Shown piece after piece: positions 37,549-46,622 of a stretch of 64,000 nt of DNA (the stretch's first letter is position 1; every line of letters begins with the position of its first letter). The translations under genes were made by a program, and so were the position numbers. Location: assembly GCA_002390705.1 (NCBI GenBank), contig DGQA01000012.1:5608-69607 (forward strand), read 5' to 3'. The DNA is from Actinobacteria bacterium UBA4426. GTDB lineage: Bacteria; Actinomycetota; Actinomycetes; S36-B12. The notes beneath the pieces are model-generated. The model was not told where the DNA came from, made no database searches, and saw only the letters and a list, made by a program, of their open reading frames with translations.

Positions 37549-38463
37549 GTGGTATCAAAAACTTCTGCTCGCACTCGCTCATCAGGGAGCATCCCTGGGG
37601 CGAGCGGTGCCGAATCTTATGATTTTCGAAATCCCTCCACATTCACCCGGGAACACCAGCGAATAATGGAGACAGCGTTAAGGGCGTACGCAGACCAAAC
37701 CGCCTCGGTGATCACCGCGAAGCTGCGGGCGTCCTGCTCCCACGAGTTAGAGTCCTTGCAACAAACGACGTATTCAGCCTTTATAAATTCGCTTCCCGAA
37801 GAAACGCTGCTTCTTGCCGCATCCCTTAACCCAATCAATTCAACCGCTCTGATCCACCTGCCTTTGGATTTTGCCATGCTGTCGATTGACTTACCCCTGG
37901 GTGGCTCCGGAGAAAATGACCAACCATCACGTGGTCTGACGGAAATCGAAAACGTGCTTGTGGGTGATCTGGGGAGCAGTATTGCTGGCGCTCTGCGATT
38001 TAGTTTCGACGGAATTATCACTTGGTTTCCCGTCCTCACAGGCCAATACTCCTCACCTGAGCTTGCCCACGCAGCCTCTCCCGGTGACCAAGTACTCGTC
38101 GCGACCCTCCGACTGGAAATTCAAGAAGAAGTTTTTAACACAATCCTCGCGTTGCCGCTCACACCAATTTTACCGGCTTTGGACGCGACACTTGCTGCTC
38201 GACTGGCAGAACAGAGTGGCTCGAAAAGCCGTGACTTCGCCACTGACCTCGAGGCGCGTATTCGGACCGCACCCGTGACAGTGTCCGTGCGCTTACGGCC
38301 CATCCAGGGACGTTTCGCCGACTTCGCCAACATCTCAGTGGGAGATGTGTTCCGGCTAGGCCATTCACCTGACTCAGCTTGGGAAGTCACCAGCCACGGT
38401 GTCGTGTTTGCGCACGCACTCCCTGGTGGAGAAGGCACTCAAGCAGCATTCCGAGTTATTTAA
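37549..38463 (+). CDS. fliM: flagellar motor switch protein FliM (N-terminally short)
   Basis: 304 aa with a GTG start and an in-frame stop at 37528-37530. It contains the YDFRNPSTFTREHQRIMETA block. No LSQxEIDxLL-type motif precedes that block. Confidence 0.8.
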   Translation: MVSKTSARTRSSGSIPGASGAESYDFRNPSTFTREHQRIMETALRAYADQTASVITAKLRASCSHELESLQQTTYSAFINSLPEETLLLAASLNPINSTALIHLPLDFAMLSIDLPLGGSGENDQPSRGLTEIENVLVGDLGSSIAGALRFSFDGIITWFPVLTGQYSSPELAHAASPGDQVLVATLRLEIQEEVFNTILALPLTPILPALDATLAARLAEQSGSKSRDFATDLEARIRTAPVTVSVRLRPIQGRFADFANISVGDVFRLGHSPDSAWEVTSHGVVFAHALPGGEGTQAAFRVI

Positions 38464-38480
38464 ACAAATAAGGAGTTGAT

Positions 38481-39218
38481 ATGACCGTTGGTAACAACGA
38501 GAGCCGAATGGCACTCATAATGGAACAGATGCACATGTCCATGTCAGGATTGTGTGATGCCCTTTCCGTGACATCGGTCGTGTCTGCGGGCGACCCATCG
38601 ATGGACCCATTGGATATTGAAATCACCCCCACTAGTTCGCTGGCGGTTGTCTCAGTGGAGGGGGCGATCAACGGTAATCTGATGGTCGCGCTACTCGAGG
38701 GCGCGAGCCCAGATATCACTACGTCCGAGGGCCTAGTCGAAGAACTCGGTGAGGCAGTGGACGCCATGTCTCAGGTGATGGATTCAGAAATTGGAACTCC
38801 GGCACCGGCCTCAGGTGCACCTACAATCGGTGCCGACGTGAGTGTGCCGCTGCTTGTAGACGGTGCGCTCGTGGGCGCGGTACTGCTATTCCTTGCCCCT
38901 GTCGATGATTCTGTTGAGGAGCCTGCTGCTGCCGCTGCTCCGGCCGCTGCTCCGGCCGCATTCAGTGCCATGGGCACGATGAAACAAATGGATGCACTAG
39001 CGGGAGTGCAGATGGAGATCACGATAGAAGTGGGCCGCACCTCACTGCCGATTGGCCAACTACTGCAGTTACAACCTGGCCAGATCGTGGAACTTGACCG
39101 CGAAGTGGGTTCCCCCCTCGACATGTTTATTAACGGCACCCTGCTGGCCCACGGTGAGATTGTTGTCGTGGACGATCAGTTCGGGTTCCGGGTCACCTCA
39201 GTCGTAACAACGGATTGA
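38481..39218 (+). CDS. fliN: flagellar motor switch protein FliN/FliY family (SpoA domain with about 160-aa N-terminal extension)
   Basis: The C-terminal SpoA block is MEITIEVGRTSLPIGQLLQLQPGQIVELDREVGSPLDMFINGTLLAHGEIVVVDDQFGFRVTSV. Confidence 0.85.
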   Translation: MTVGNNESRMALIMEQMHMSMSGLCDALSVTSVVSAGDPSMDPLDIEITPTSSLAVVSVEGAINGNLMVALLEGASPDITTSEGLVEELGEAVDAMSQVMDSEIGTPAPASGAPTIGADVSVPLLVDGALVGAVLLFLAPVDDSVEEPAAAAAPAAAPAAFSAMGTMKQMDALAGVQMEITIEVGRTSLPIGQLLQLQPGQIVELDREVGSPLDMFINGTLLAHGEIVVVDDQFGFRVTSVVTTD

Positions 39219-39240
39219 TTCAAGCCGAATAAGTGAATTG

Positions 39241-39717
39241 ATGGATACTTTATCGCTCGTTATCAAGCTCGTTGTTGCGCTCGCCATTGTTGTGGGACTC
39301 ATCTGGGGCCTAGCCCGCGCTAAAAAGCGCATAAGCCCTACAAATTCAGCGACGATACAAGTCTTGTCGAAGATTCCGGTAAGCCGCAAAGGCAGCCTGC
39401 TACTCGTTGAGGTAGGCGGAAAAAAACTTATGATCGGTGCAACCGAGAACAACATTTCATTGCTCAGTGTGATCGACATGCTTCCTGAAACCCTTGAGAT
39501 TAAAGAAGAACGACGGCCCGTCCATCTGGATTCTTTCATGGTGCAACGCGGTGACTCCTCGGAAGCCCTAGGTTTTGACCTAGACCTCCTAGACGAAGAC
39601 GCTCTAGCGTCACTAAAGAATTCACAGTCCGACAGCGCACTTGCTGGCTCTGTCCTATCGGCAGACACTTGGCGACAACTCGCCGCCACTCTGCGCGAGA
39701 AGACAGTCCGCTCATGA
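39241..39717 (+). CDS. fliO: flagellar biosynthesis protein FliO/FliZ
   Basis: It has a single TM (LVIKLVVALAIVVGLIWGLA) and a conserved segment (IQVLSKIPVSRKGSLLLVEVGGKKLMIGATENNISLL). An ATGA overlap links it to fliP. Confidence 0.7.
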   Translation: MDTLSLVIKLVVALAIVVGLIWGLARAKKRISPTNSATIQVLSKIPVSRKGSLLLVEVGGKKLMIGATENNISLLSVIDMLPETLEIKEERRPVHLDSFMVQRGDSSEALGFDLDLLDEDALASLKNSQSDSALAGSVLSADTWRQLAATLREKTVRS

Positions 39718-40469
39718 GTCGATGGGTGCGCGCCGCTCTTGGTCTGTCCGCAACATTTTTCAGTTTCATGGTCATCGGTGTGGCGCTGTCCGCGCCATCA
39801 CAAGCAATCTCGATAAACCTTCCCGACCTCGTTGGCGACGAAGGTCCATCCAGCGCGATCGTGCTCCTGCTTTCACTCACCGTTCTTGCTGTAGCACCTG
39901 CATTGTTACTAATGGTCACCAGTTTTACAAAAATCATCGTGGTGCTGTCCATCACACGCAATGCCTTGGGCCTTCAGGGAGTGCCGCCCAATCAGGTGCT
40001 TGCTGGACTGGCAATCTTCCTGAGCCTGTTCGTCATGTCACCTGTTCTGACACTGGTAAACACAGATGCCCTTCAGCCCTATCTTGATGGGACAATCAGT
40101 TTTGGTGAGGCATTCGACCTTGGTCGCGTCCCTCTTGAGGAATTCATGCTCGCTAATACCCGACCAGAGGAATTGGCTCTCATGGTCCAGGTCTCAAGTG
40201 AAGCACCCCCCGCCACACCCGCAGACGTTTCACTCACCACGTTGGTCCCGGCGTTCATTTTGTCCGAACTTCGCGCCGCTTTCATTATTGGGTTCGTAAT
40301 CTTTCTGCCCTTTTTAATCATTGATATGGTCGTGAGCTCAAGCCTGATGTCGGTCGGCATGATCATGCTCCCGCCTGTTTTGGTGTCTCTGCCCTTCAAA
40401 CTTTTACTCTTCGTCCTAGTGGACGGCTGGGCTCTCATTATTTCCTCCGTCGTCGGAAGTTACGGGTAG
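39714..40469 (+). CDS. fliP: flagellar export gate protein FliP
   Basis: A signal-like N-terminus is followed by the conserved core (PALLLMVTSFTKIIVVLSITRNALG...). Confidence 0.95.
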   Translation: MSRWVRAALGLSATFFSFMVIGVALSAPSQAISINLPDLVGDEGPSSAIVLLLSLTVLAVAPALLLMVTSFTKIIVVLSITRNALGLQGVPPNQVLAGLAIFLSLFVMSPVLTLVNTDALQPYLDGTISFGEAFDLGRVPLEEFMLANTRPEELALMVQVSSEAPPATPADVSLTTLVPAFILSELRAAFIIGFVIFLPFLIIDMVVSSSLMSVGMIMLPPVLVSLPFKLLLFVLVDGWALIISSVVGSYG

Positions 40470-40477
40470 GTGGATAA

Positions 40478-40747
40478 ATGAATGAAACATTTGTAGTGGA
40501 ACTTTCCACGCAGTTCATGTGGACCGCAGCATTACTCGCTGCCCCGGTCTTACTCACCGCTGTACTCGTGGGCCTGGCCGTTTCACTCTTCCAGGGACTC
40601 ACCAGCCTTCAAGACCAGACACTGTCCTTTGTGCCCAAGATAATTGCGGTTGGAGTTGCGCTGGTGGTGGCAGCGGGATGGATGGTTCAAACCTTATTGG
40701 CGTTTACCCGTGAAGCTTTCGGACTCATTCCCGGACTACTCGGTTAA
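40478..40747 (+). CDS. fliQ: flagellar export gate protein FliQ
   Basis: 89 aa with 2 TM helices, in the canonical position, with the FliQ pattern. Confidence 0.9.
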   Translation: MNETFVVELSTQFMWTAALLAAPVLLTAVLVGLAVSLFQGLTSLQDQTLSFVPKIIAVGVALVVAAGWMVQTLLAFTREAFGLIPGLLG

Positions 40748-40756
40748 GGATCCCGA

Positions 40757-41530
40757 ATGTTTGAACTGGGAATTTCCACCGAACAAATAATGGGCTTCCT
40801 GCTGGTGTTTGCGCGCGTTGGTGCCTGGGTGTGGCTTACTCCTCCCTTTGGTGGCGGCTTCCTGCCACCTCTGGTGCGGATTATGGCCGGGCTGGCATTT
40901 GCCATCCCTATGACTCCGGGCGCGATTGCTGCCTCAGGAGGGATCTCCCTTGATCCAGTGAACCTGTTGCTTCAGTTCGCCCTCCAGGTGGTCATTGGAG
41001 TAGCCCTTGGATTGGTATGCCTGACTTTACTGTCAGCCGTACAGTCCGCAGGTTCAATTATTGACGTTGCCAGCGGCTTGTCGCTGTCAGCTGCCTACGA
41101 CCCCTTGATGCAGCAACAGTCTACGGTGATAAACCGGGTGTACCAGCTTGTGGCTGGAGTGCTCATTCTTGTTACCGGTGCATATCTCATACTATTTGCC
41201 GGGTTCGCAAAAACCTTCGAGGTTCTGCCGATTGGCAATGGCTTAAGTCTTGATGTGACCGCCGCTACTTTGACCAGCGCCTTGAGCGTGGCTTTTGTTG
41301 CCGTTTTGCAGATTGCCGGTCCCATCATTGCCGTCCTCTTCTTGGCAGATATCGGACTTGGCCTGCTGACGCGCGTGGCTCCTACTATCAACATCTTCGT
41401 ACTGAGTTTCCCTGTCAAGATCGGAGTGGCCCTGCTACTGGTGGGGGTTGCCATTCCCCGGTTAACCCCGGTTATCGCTGGTCTGACGGACTCATCCGTC
41501 GATGCCATGCGTGGAATTGTCGGGAAGTGA
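40757..41530 (+). CDS. fliR: flagellar export gate protein FliR
   Basis: 257 aa, polytopic, in the canonical position. Confidence 0.9.
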   Translation: MFELGISTEQIMGFLLVFARVGAWVWLTPPFGGGFLPPLVRIMAGLAFAIPMTPGAIAASGGISLDPVNLLLQFALQVVIGVALGLVCLTLLSAVQSAGSIIDVASGLSLSAAYDPLMQQQSTVINRVYQLVAGVLILVTGAYLILFAGFAKTFEVLPIGNGLSLDVTAATLTSALSVAFVAVLQIAGPIIAVLFLADIGLGLLTRVAPTINIFVLSFPVKIGVALLLVGVAIPRLTPVIAGLTDSSVDAMRGIVGK

Positions 41531-41533
41531 CGC

Positions 41534-42640
41534 ATGGCAAAAGCTGATTCCGCTGCCAAGACCGAAAAACCGACTCCGAAGAAAATCAAAGAAGGGGTCA
41601 AACAGGGCCAGGTCGCACGGACAACAGACTTAGCAGCCTGGACTGGGCTCCTCGCCCTTACCCTCTTAACCCCATTCATGCTAGAACTGTTGACCGAGCA
41701 ACTCCGGGCCTTACTCCTCACGCTTCCTGACATGGCGCAGGAGCCAACCCCTGAGCGTCTGGGCAGCATTGCTTTACCCGCGGTAATCTCGATAGCGGTG
41801 CTACTGGTCCCTTTTATGTTGGTAATCCTCCTTTTTACTCAAATCTCTGGTTGGATCCAAGGCGGTGCCCGCCCCTATCTGTCGCGGATAGCACCGAAAA
41901 CCAGAAAAATCAGCCCTCAACAGAATGCAAAACGGATCCTAGGTACTCAGGGCTTATGGGAATTGGCCAAGCAAATCCTCAAGACAACCTCAATTGGATT
42001 GGTGCTCTGGCTGGTTATCAGCCGAGTCGTAGAAATCATTTTCGGGTCAGGTTTGCTCCCGCTCTCCGTTTTGACGGAGATTGTTGCCGCCGAAGGGATT
42101 CGGTTAGTGCAGGCCGTGATTGCCACTGGACTATTGATCGCGGTCGCCGACTATCTAGTCAGTCAAAAAAGGGTGCGCAAAGAACTCATGATGTCCATGC
42201 GAGAGGTCAAAGAGGAGTTCAAGCAGTCAGAGGGTGACCCGTTGCTTCGAGCTTTTGTCCGCCGCCGAGCACAGGAGGCCTCTCGAAACCGAATGATGGC
42301 CGATGTTGCAACGGCGGACCTTGTTCTGGTCAACCCGACCCACATCGCGGTGGCTATCAAATACACCCAACACCTCGGGGCCCCCCGAATAGTGGCGAAA
42401 GGTGCCGGAGTGATTGCAACCAGAATCCGTGAACTTGCCTCGGAAAACCGGGTACCCCTCGTGGAGGACGTTCCCCTCGCTAGAACTTTGTACCGAAACT
42501 GTGAGGTAGGTTCAGAGATCCCTACCGAACTCTTCACGGCCGTGGCCCGGGTCTTGGCCTTCGTCATGAACCTTAAGCGACGGGGGGCACCTGCGGGCCT
42601 GCATAGTTCACGTGAAGTGGACCACTTGATCTCTCTATAA
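41534..42640 (+). CDS. flhB: flagellar export switch protein FlhB
   Basis: 368 aa. The N-terminus has EKPTPKKIKEGVKQGQVARTTDL and the autocleavage motif NPTH is present (LVNPTHIAVAIKY). Confidence 0.95.
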   Translation: MAKADSAAKTEKPTPKKIKEGVKQGQVARTTDLAAWTGLLALTLLTPFMLELLTEQLRALLLTLPDMAQEPTPERLGSIALPAVISIAVLLVPFMLVILLFTQISGWIQGGARPYLSRIAPKTRKISPQQNAKRILGTQGLWELAKQILKTTSIGLVLWLVISRVVEIIFGSGLLPLSVLTEIVAAEGIRLVQAVIATGLLIAVADYLVSQKRVRKELMMSMREVKEEFKQSEGDPLLRAFVRRRAQEASRNRMMADVATADLVLVNPTHIAVAIKYTQHLGAPRIVAKGAGVIATRIRELASENRVPLVEDVPLARTLYRNCEVGSEIPTELFTAVARVLAFVMNLKRRGAPAGLHSSREVDHLISL

Positions 42641-42647
42641 AAAATCA

Positions 42648-42674
42648 TCAAGTGGGGCCTGAGGTGGCCGATAT
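42648..42674 (+). promoter_or_regulatory. sigma-28-type promoter candidate (TCAA-N15-GCCGATAT) for flhA
   Basis: The pattern is exact and lies in the flhB-flhA spacer. It implies that translation starts at GTG 42734, which follows AAGGACAGGGG, rather than at 42680. Confidence 0.55.
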
Positions 42675-42733
42675 AGCAGGTGCCAGGATGGCAGGTAATC
42701 CCATGGACGGTTTTTCCAAGGACAGGGGTTTCT

Positions 42734-44803
42734 GTGCGGAAAATTCGTTGGGCTCAGTTCGCAGTGCCAATCGCCGTAGTCCTTGTCATCGTGATGTTGA
42801 TCGTCCCACTACCACCATTCATCCTTGATCTACTGATCTCATTCAACATTGCTGCCGCCCTCGTTATTCTTCTCGTTGCAGTTTATGTGCGCAAACCCCT
42901 CGAATTCTCAACATTTCCCGCCCTCCTACTTATTGCCACCCTTTTCCGGCTCGGCTTAAATGTGAGCGTCACTCGGCAAATCCTTGTTAATGGTTACGCC
43001 GGTGAGGTAGTTGAGGCTTTCGGGAGTTTTGTCATTGGCGGATCCCTCATCGTTGGTCTGGTCATTTTCCTCATTTTGATCGTTATTCAATTTATCGTGG
43101 TGACGAAAGGGGCCGAGCGCGTCGCCGAAGTTGGCGCCCGATTCACGCTAGATGCCATGCCTGGCAAGCAGATGGCAATTGATGCGGACCTGAATGCCGG
43201 TCTTATTGATGACGACGAAGCCCGGCGCAGGCGAGCCGAAGTGGGTGCTGAAGCTGACTTTTACGGTGCAATGGACGGTGGTTCAAAGTTCGTCAAAGGT
43301 GACGCAATCGCCGCAATCTTCATTACGATCATCAATCTTTTCGGAGGCGTAGCAATCGGTGTCGTTCAGGGAGGCCTGAGCTTCACCGAGGCAATCAACA
43401 CGTACAGCCTCCTCACAGTGGGCGACGGGCTCACCGCTCAGATCCCGGCCCTGATGCTTGCAGTAGCAACCGGCCTAATGGTGACTCGTGCCGCAACAGA
43501 GGGGGACATGTCCTCTGATCTCATGAAGCAGGTCTCGTTCCAGCCGCGTGCGTTGACATTCGGAGGCATCGGTATTGCTGCTCTAGCAATTATTCCTGGC
43601 ATGCCCGCTCTGCCATTTCTCATAATTGGCGGTGCACTAATTTTCATCGGTAGACGACTTGCCCGCACCGCGCCAGCAGTCGGCGATAAGGCGATTGAGG
43701 GAGTAAGTGATCGACTTGAACTGCCAGCGGGCGTCCCTTTACCAGACAGTCCTGAGGGGATCGTTATGGATCTGCAGGTCGATGCACTTGAACTCGGTCT
43801 GAGCTACGACATCATTGACTTGGTTGACCCAAATGTGGGCGGGGACCTGCTGGTCCGCGTGAAGGCCCTTCGCCGCAAACTCGCCATGGAGCTTGGTCTA
43901 GTTCTCCCCACGGTCCGCACACGGGACGATACAGAGTTACCGCTAGCCACCTATCGAATCCGGTTACACGGAGTGGAAGTTGCTCGTGGACAGGCCCCCC
44001 CAGGGCACGTCCTCGTTATCGGCGACGGCATGGAAGACCTGCCAGGTGAAGACACCAAGGAACCAGTCTTTGGTCTTGACGCCCGATGGGTGCCCGTTGC
44101 CTATCAACGTCAAGCGGAACTTATCGGGGCCACGGTGATTGATCGGGCGTCGATTATTACTACCCATCTCGCCGAGACTGTCCGCAAGCATGCAGCTGAA
44201 CTTCTTTCGCGGGAAGACGTCAAAATGCTCGTCGACTCACTGCGCAAATCACACCCATCCGTTGTGGAAGAGCTCACTCCCGCGCAGGCTTCTCTCGGAG
44301 AAATCCAACGAGTCCTTCAGGGTCTGCTTAAAGAACGGGTCGCGATTCGAGACCTGTCTCGAATCTTTGAAGCCATGTCGGCGTCCATCCGTTCTGGTCA
44401 TCAGGGGACGGAAGCGCTCGTTGAGTCCGCCCGCGAGGTGTTGGGATCAGCAATCAGTTCCCAAACCGCAATGGATGGGATCCTGCACGTGATTACATTG
44501 GATCCAACTTTTGAACAAGGCCTGCTAGCAGCTTCGCGTGCGGGGCAAGAAGGCCAAGTGTTAGCGATCGATGCAACTGTCCTCACCAGAATGAGCGCCG
44601 ACGTTGGGCGGTTGGTAAATCAGGCCGAAGAAGCCGGGATATCACCAGTCTTAATTTGTGCAAGCCAGTTACGGGCGTCTCTCTACCAACAGTTGCGCCA
44701 CGAGTTCCCTCGACTTCCCATTCTGTCTTATTCAGAATTGGGTGGACCCATTGATATCCAAACAGTAGGAGTGGTTGGCAATGAGCCTGCGAATGTTGCT
44801 TGA
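42734..44803 (+). CDS. flhA: flagellar export gate protein FlhA
   Basis: It has an N-terminal 8-TM domain, the FHIPEP region (GAMDGGSKFVKGDAIAAI) and a large cytoplasmic domain. The track ORF begins at 42680. Confidence 0.95.
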   Translation: MRKIRWAQFAVPIAVVLVIVMLIVPLPPFILDLLISFNIAAALVILLVAVYVRKPLEFSTFPALLLIATLFRLGLNVSVTRQILVNGYAGEVVEAFGSFVIGGSLIVGLVIFLILIVIQFIVVTKGAERVAEVGARFTLDAMPGKQMAIDADLNAGLIDDDEARRRRAEVGAEADFYGAMDGGSKFVKGDAIAAIFITIINLFGGVAIGVVQGGLSFTEAINTYSLLTVGDGLTAQIPALMLAVATGLMVTRAATEGDMSSDLMKQVSFQPRALTFGGIGIAALAIIPGMPALPFLIIGGALIFIGRRLARTAPAVGDKAIEGVSDRLELPAGVPLPDSPEGIVMDLQVDALELGLSYDIIDLVDPNVGGDLLVRVKALRRKLAMELGLVLPTVRTRDDTELPLATYRIRLHGVEVARGQAPPGHVLVIGDGMEDLPGEDTKEPVFGLDARWVPVAYQRQAELIGATVIDRASIITTHLAETVRKHAAELLSREDVKMLVDSLRKSHPSVVEELTPAQASLGEIQRVLQGLLKERVAIRDLSRIFEAMSASIRSGHQGTEALVESAREVLGSAISSQTAMDGILHVITLDPTFEQGLLAASRAGQEGQVLAIDATVLTRMSADVGRLVNQAEEAGISPVLICASQLRASLYQQLRHEFPRLPILSYSELGGPIDIQTVGVVGNEPANVA

Positions 44804-46622
44804 AGGACCAGACCTTAAAGGTGTGCTACGTGAAGTCGAAGCCAACTACGGTCGTGACTTCCACGTGATCCAAGCCGAACAGGTGCGCTCAGGTGGCGTA
44901 GGTGGTTTCTTTACAAAACAACACTACGAAGTGACAGTTGAAATAAATGATCCCCAGGTAGTGGCCAAGATAACCGCGCAACCCCAGACTGCGGGAATGT
45001 CACTCAATGAACTAGCAACCCGGAGCCAAAACGATCAGGCGGCGGCCTCCTCCCAGGATTGGGCACGGGACCTGCTCGAGAAAGCACGAACTCTCGACCT
45101 TCCAGAAAATTCTCACGATGTTGACAGGGCCTACGGCTCCGGGTCAGACTCGTTCACAACCACCGAAAGAGTGGACCCTGAGCTGAGCAATTGGAGCAAT
45201 CTCACTTCACGCGCCGACAAGGGTCGCAAGTTCCGACTGAAACTTCGCAGAAACAAGACACCTCGAGGCACCGCTGAGGTCGGTCCAAAAAGGACCGATC
45301 CCGCTAGCCTCGAACAGCAAAAACGACTCAAGGAACTGCTGACCCAAGGGCCGCTCATAGAGGAGCCACCTGCATCCGTAGTTTATTCAGCCGCAGATGT
45401 AGCGCGGGTATTTCAAGACAATGAAGATAAAGACAATGATGACGATTTTTCCCACTTGCCACCGGCAGCCCGCCTTGTCGCACAGAGTGAAGGCTCCTCA
45501 AATGCGATGCCCGACCCCCAAAAAGAAGTCGGGTCGAAAGAGGTAATCGCAGGAGTACACGTGAATGCCAGCCCGACGCTGGAAGTTGCTCCGAAAACTT
45601 CACCTACAAGTGCACCTGTAGTGGATACCTTGGGCACGGAGCCCTGTTCTGTCACGGGTGCGCGGTCGGGTGACATCTACGGACCAGAGAGTGAAGCATA
45701 TTGGCGAGTGCAGATCGGTGACCAAATCAAGGCGCAGCGGGACAAGGTGGAAAATTTTTATTCCCGTCGCGGCCCCATTGGCACCGAGGAGGCCCGCCGA
45801 ATTCAGATCTTTGCCGCGGCTGAAACGATTGCCCGCACCTTACCCGCGAAAACTTCGGCCGAGAGTTATCGCCGTTCACCCCAAACAGTTGAAGCACCCC
45901 AAACAGCCATCGACTACGCCGAACCAACAGTTCACGCTCAGACTTTCGAGCCTGTCGATACTGTGCCGAAAATTGCGAAAACTAGGCCGGCATCGTCGGC
46001 CATAAAGTTTCAGGCACCAGATTTGGCACCCGTAACGCACATGAATACGGCCATTTCCCAAGGGATACCAACCTCGGCAGGTGAGATACTGGTGCTCATC
46101 GGGGATGCTCACGAGGCTTATCAGCAGGCATGCGAGATCATTGAGGTTGCCGATTGTGGGGGAATCGAAGTTCTGGCAATCACGCCGGCGGGGCTTGCGG
46201 TCCCCGAAATTGACGCAGAAGACCACTTCCGTCACTCTTGGGCAGACCAGGTCTTCGACCTGGCTCGTAGATCAGATTCGCCAACTATCGTGATTGTGCA
46301 TGCACCCTTCCCAATTGGGAATAACGATCTCGAACGGGTTCGAATCGTGAAGGCAATTGAAGCCCTGGAAACCCCACACGTGTGGGCTGTCGTGGATGCT
46401 TCGCATGACATTTCATCTCTTAGCCAATGGACTCGGTGCTTTGGGCATATATCCGGGCTGGCGGTGGTCAACGCAGAAGAGACCGAGAGTCCTCAAGCCT
46501 TAACTGCTGTGGGTATCCCGGTCGTTTTCATGGATGGTCGGCCGTGTCTTGAAGACAGAGACGCAATTACACGCCCAAACTCTTCCCCTGCAGTGGAACA
46601 GATTGGTAGCCTGCAGCTCTGA
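44781..46622 (+). CDS. FlhF-like protein with degenerate (predicted inactive) SRP-type GTPase domain
   Basis: The N-terminus MSLRMLLEGPDLKGVLREVEANYGRDFHVIQAEQV...GGFF...YEVTVE resembles the FlhF B-domain. About 350 aa of low-complexity linker follow. The C-terminal region is colinear with the FlhF NG domain, but the G1, G3 and G4 motifs are replaced (GDAHEAYQ, VHAPF, VNAEE). Confidence 0.6.
   Translation: MSLRMLLEGPDLKGVLREVEANYGRDFHVIQAEQVRSGGVGGFFTKQHYEVTVEINDPQVVAKITAQPQTAGMSLNELATRSQNDQAAASSQDWARDLLEKARTLDLPENSHDVDRAYGSGSDSFTTTERVDPELSNWSNLTSRADKGRKFRLKLRRNKTPRGTAEVGPKRTDPASLEQQKRLKELLTQGPLIEEPPASVVYSAADVARVFQDNEDKDNDDDFSHLPPAARLVAQSEGSSNAMPDPQKEVGSKEVIAGVHVNASPTLEVAPKTSPTSAPVVDTLGTEPCSVTGARSGDIYGPESEAYWRVQIGDQIKAQRDKVENFYSRRGPIGTEEARRIQIFAAAETIARTLPAKTSAESYRRSPQTVEAPQTAIDYAEPTVHAQTFEPVDTVPKIAKTRPASSAIKFQAPDLAPVTHMNTAISQGIPTSAGEILVLIGDAHEAYQQACEIIEVADCGGIEVLAITPAGLAVPEIDAEDHFRHSWADQVFDLARRSDSPTIVIVHAPFPIGNNDLERVRIVKAIEALETPHVWAVVDASHDISSLSQWTRCFGHISGLAVVNAEETESPQALTAVGIPVVFMDGRPCLEDRDAITRPNSSPAVEQIGSLQL

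Noticed and set aside
38931-38954. A tandem 12-nt repeat, GCCGCTGCTCCG x2, lies in fliN. A similar AGTAPD/AGTAPV repeat occurs in fliK near 31675-31710.
   Set aside because: These are short in-frame low-complexity Ala/Pro linkers. They are not repeat elements or CRISPR-like arrays.
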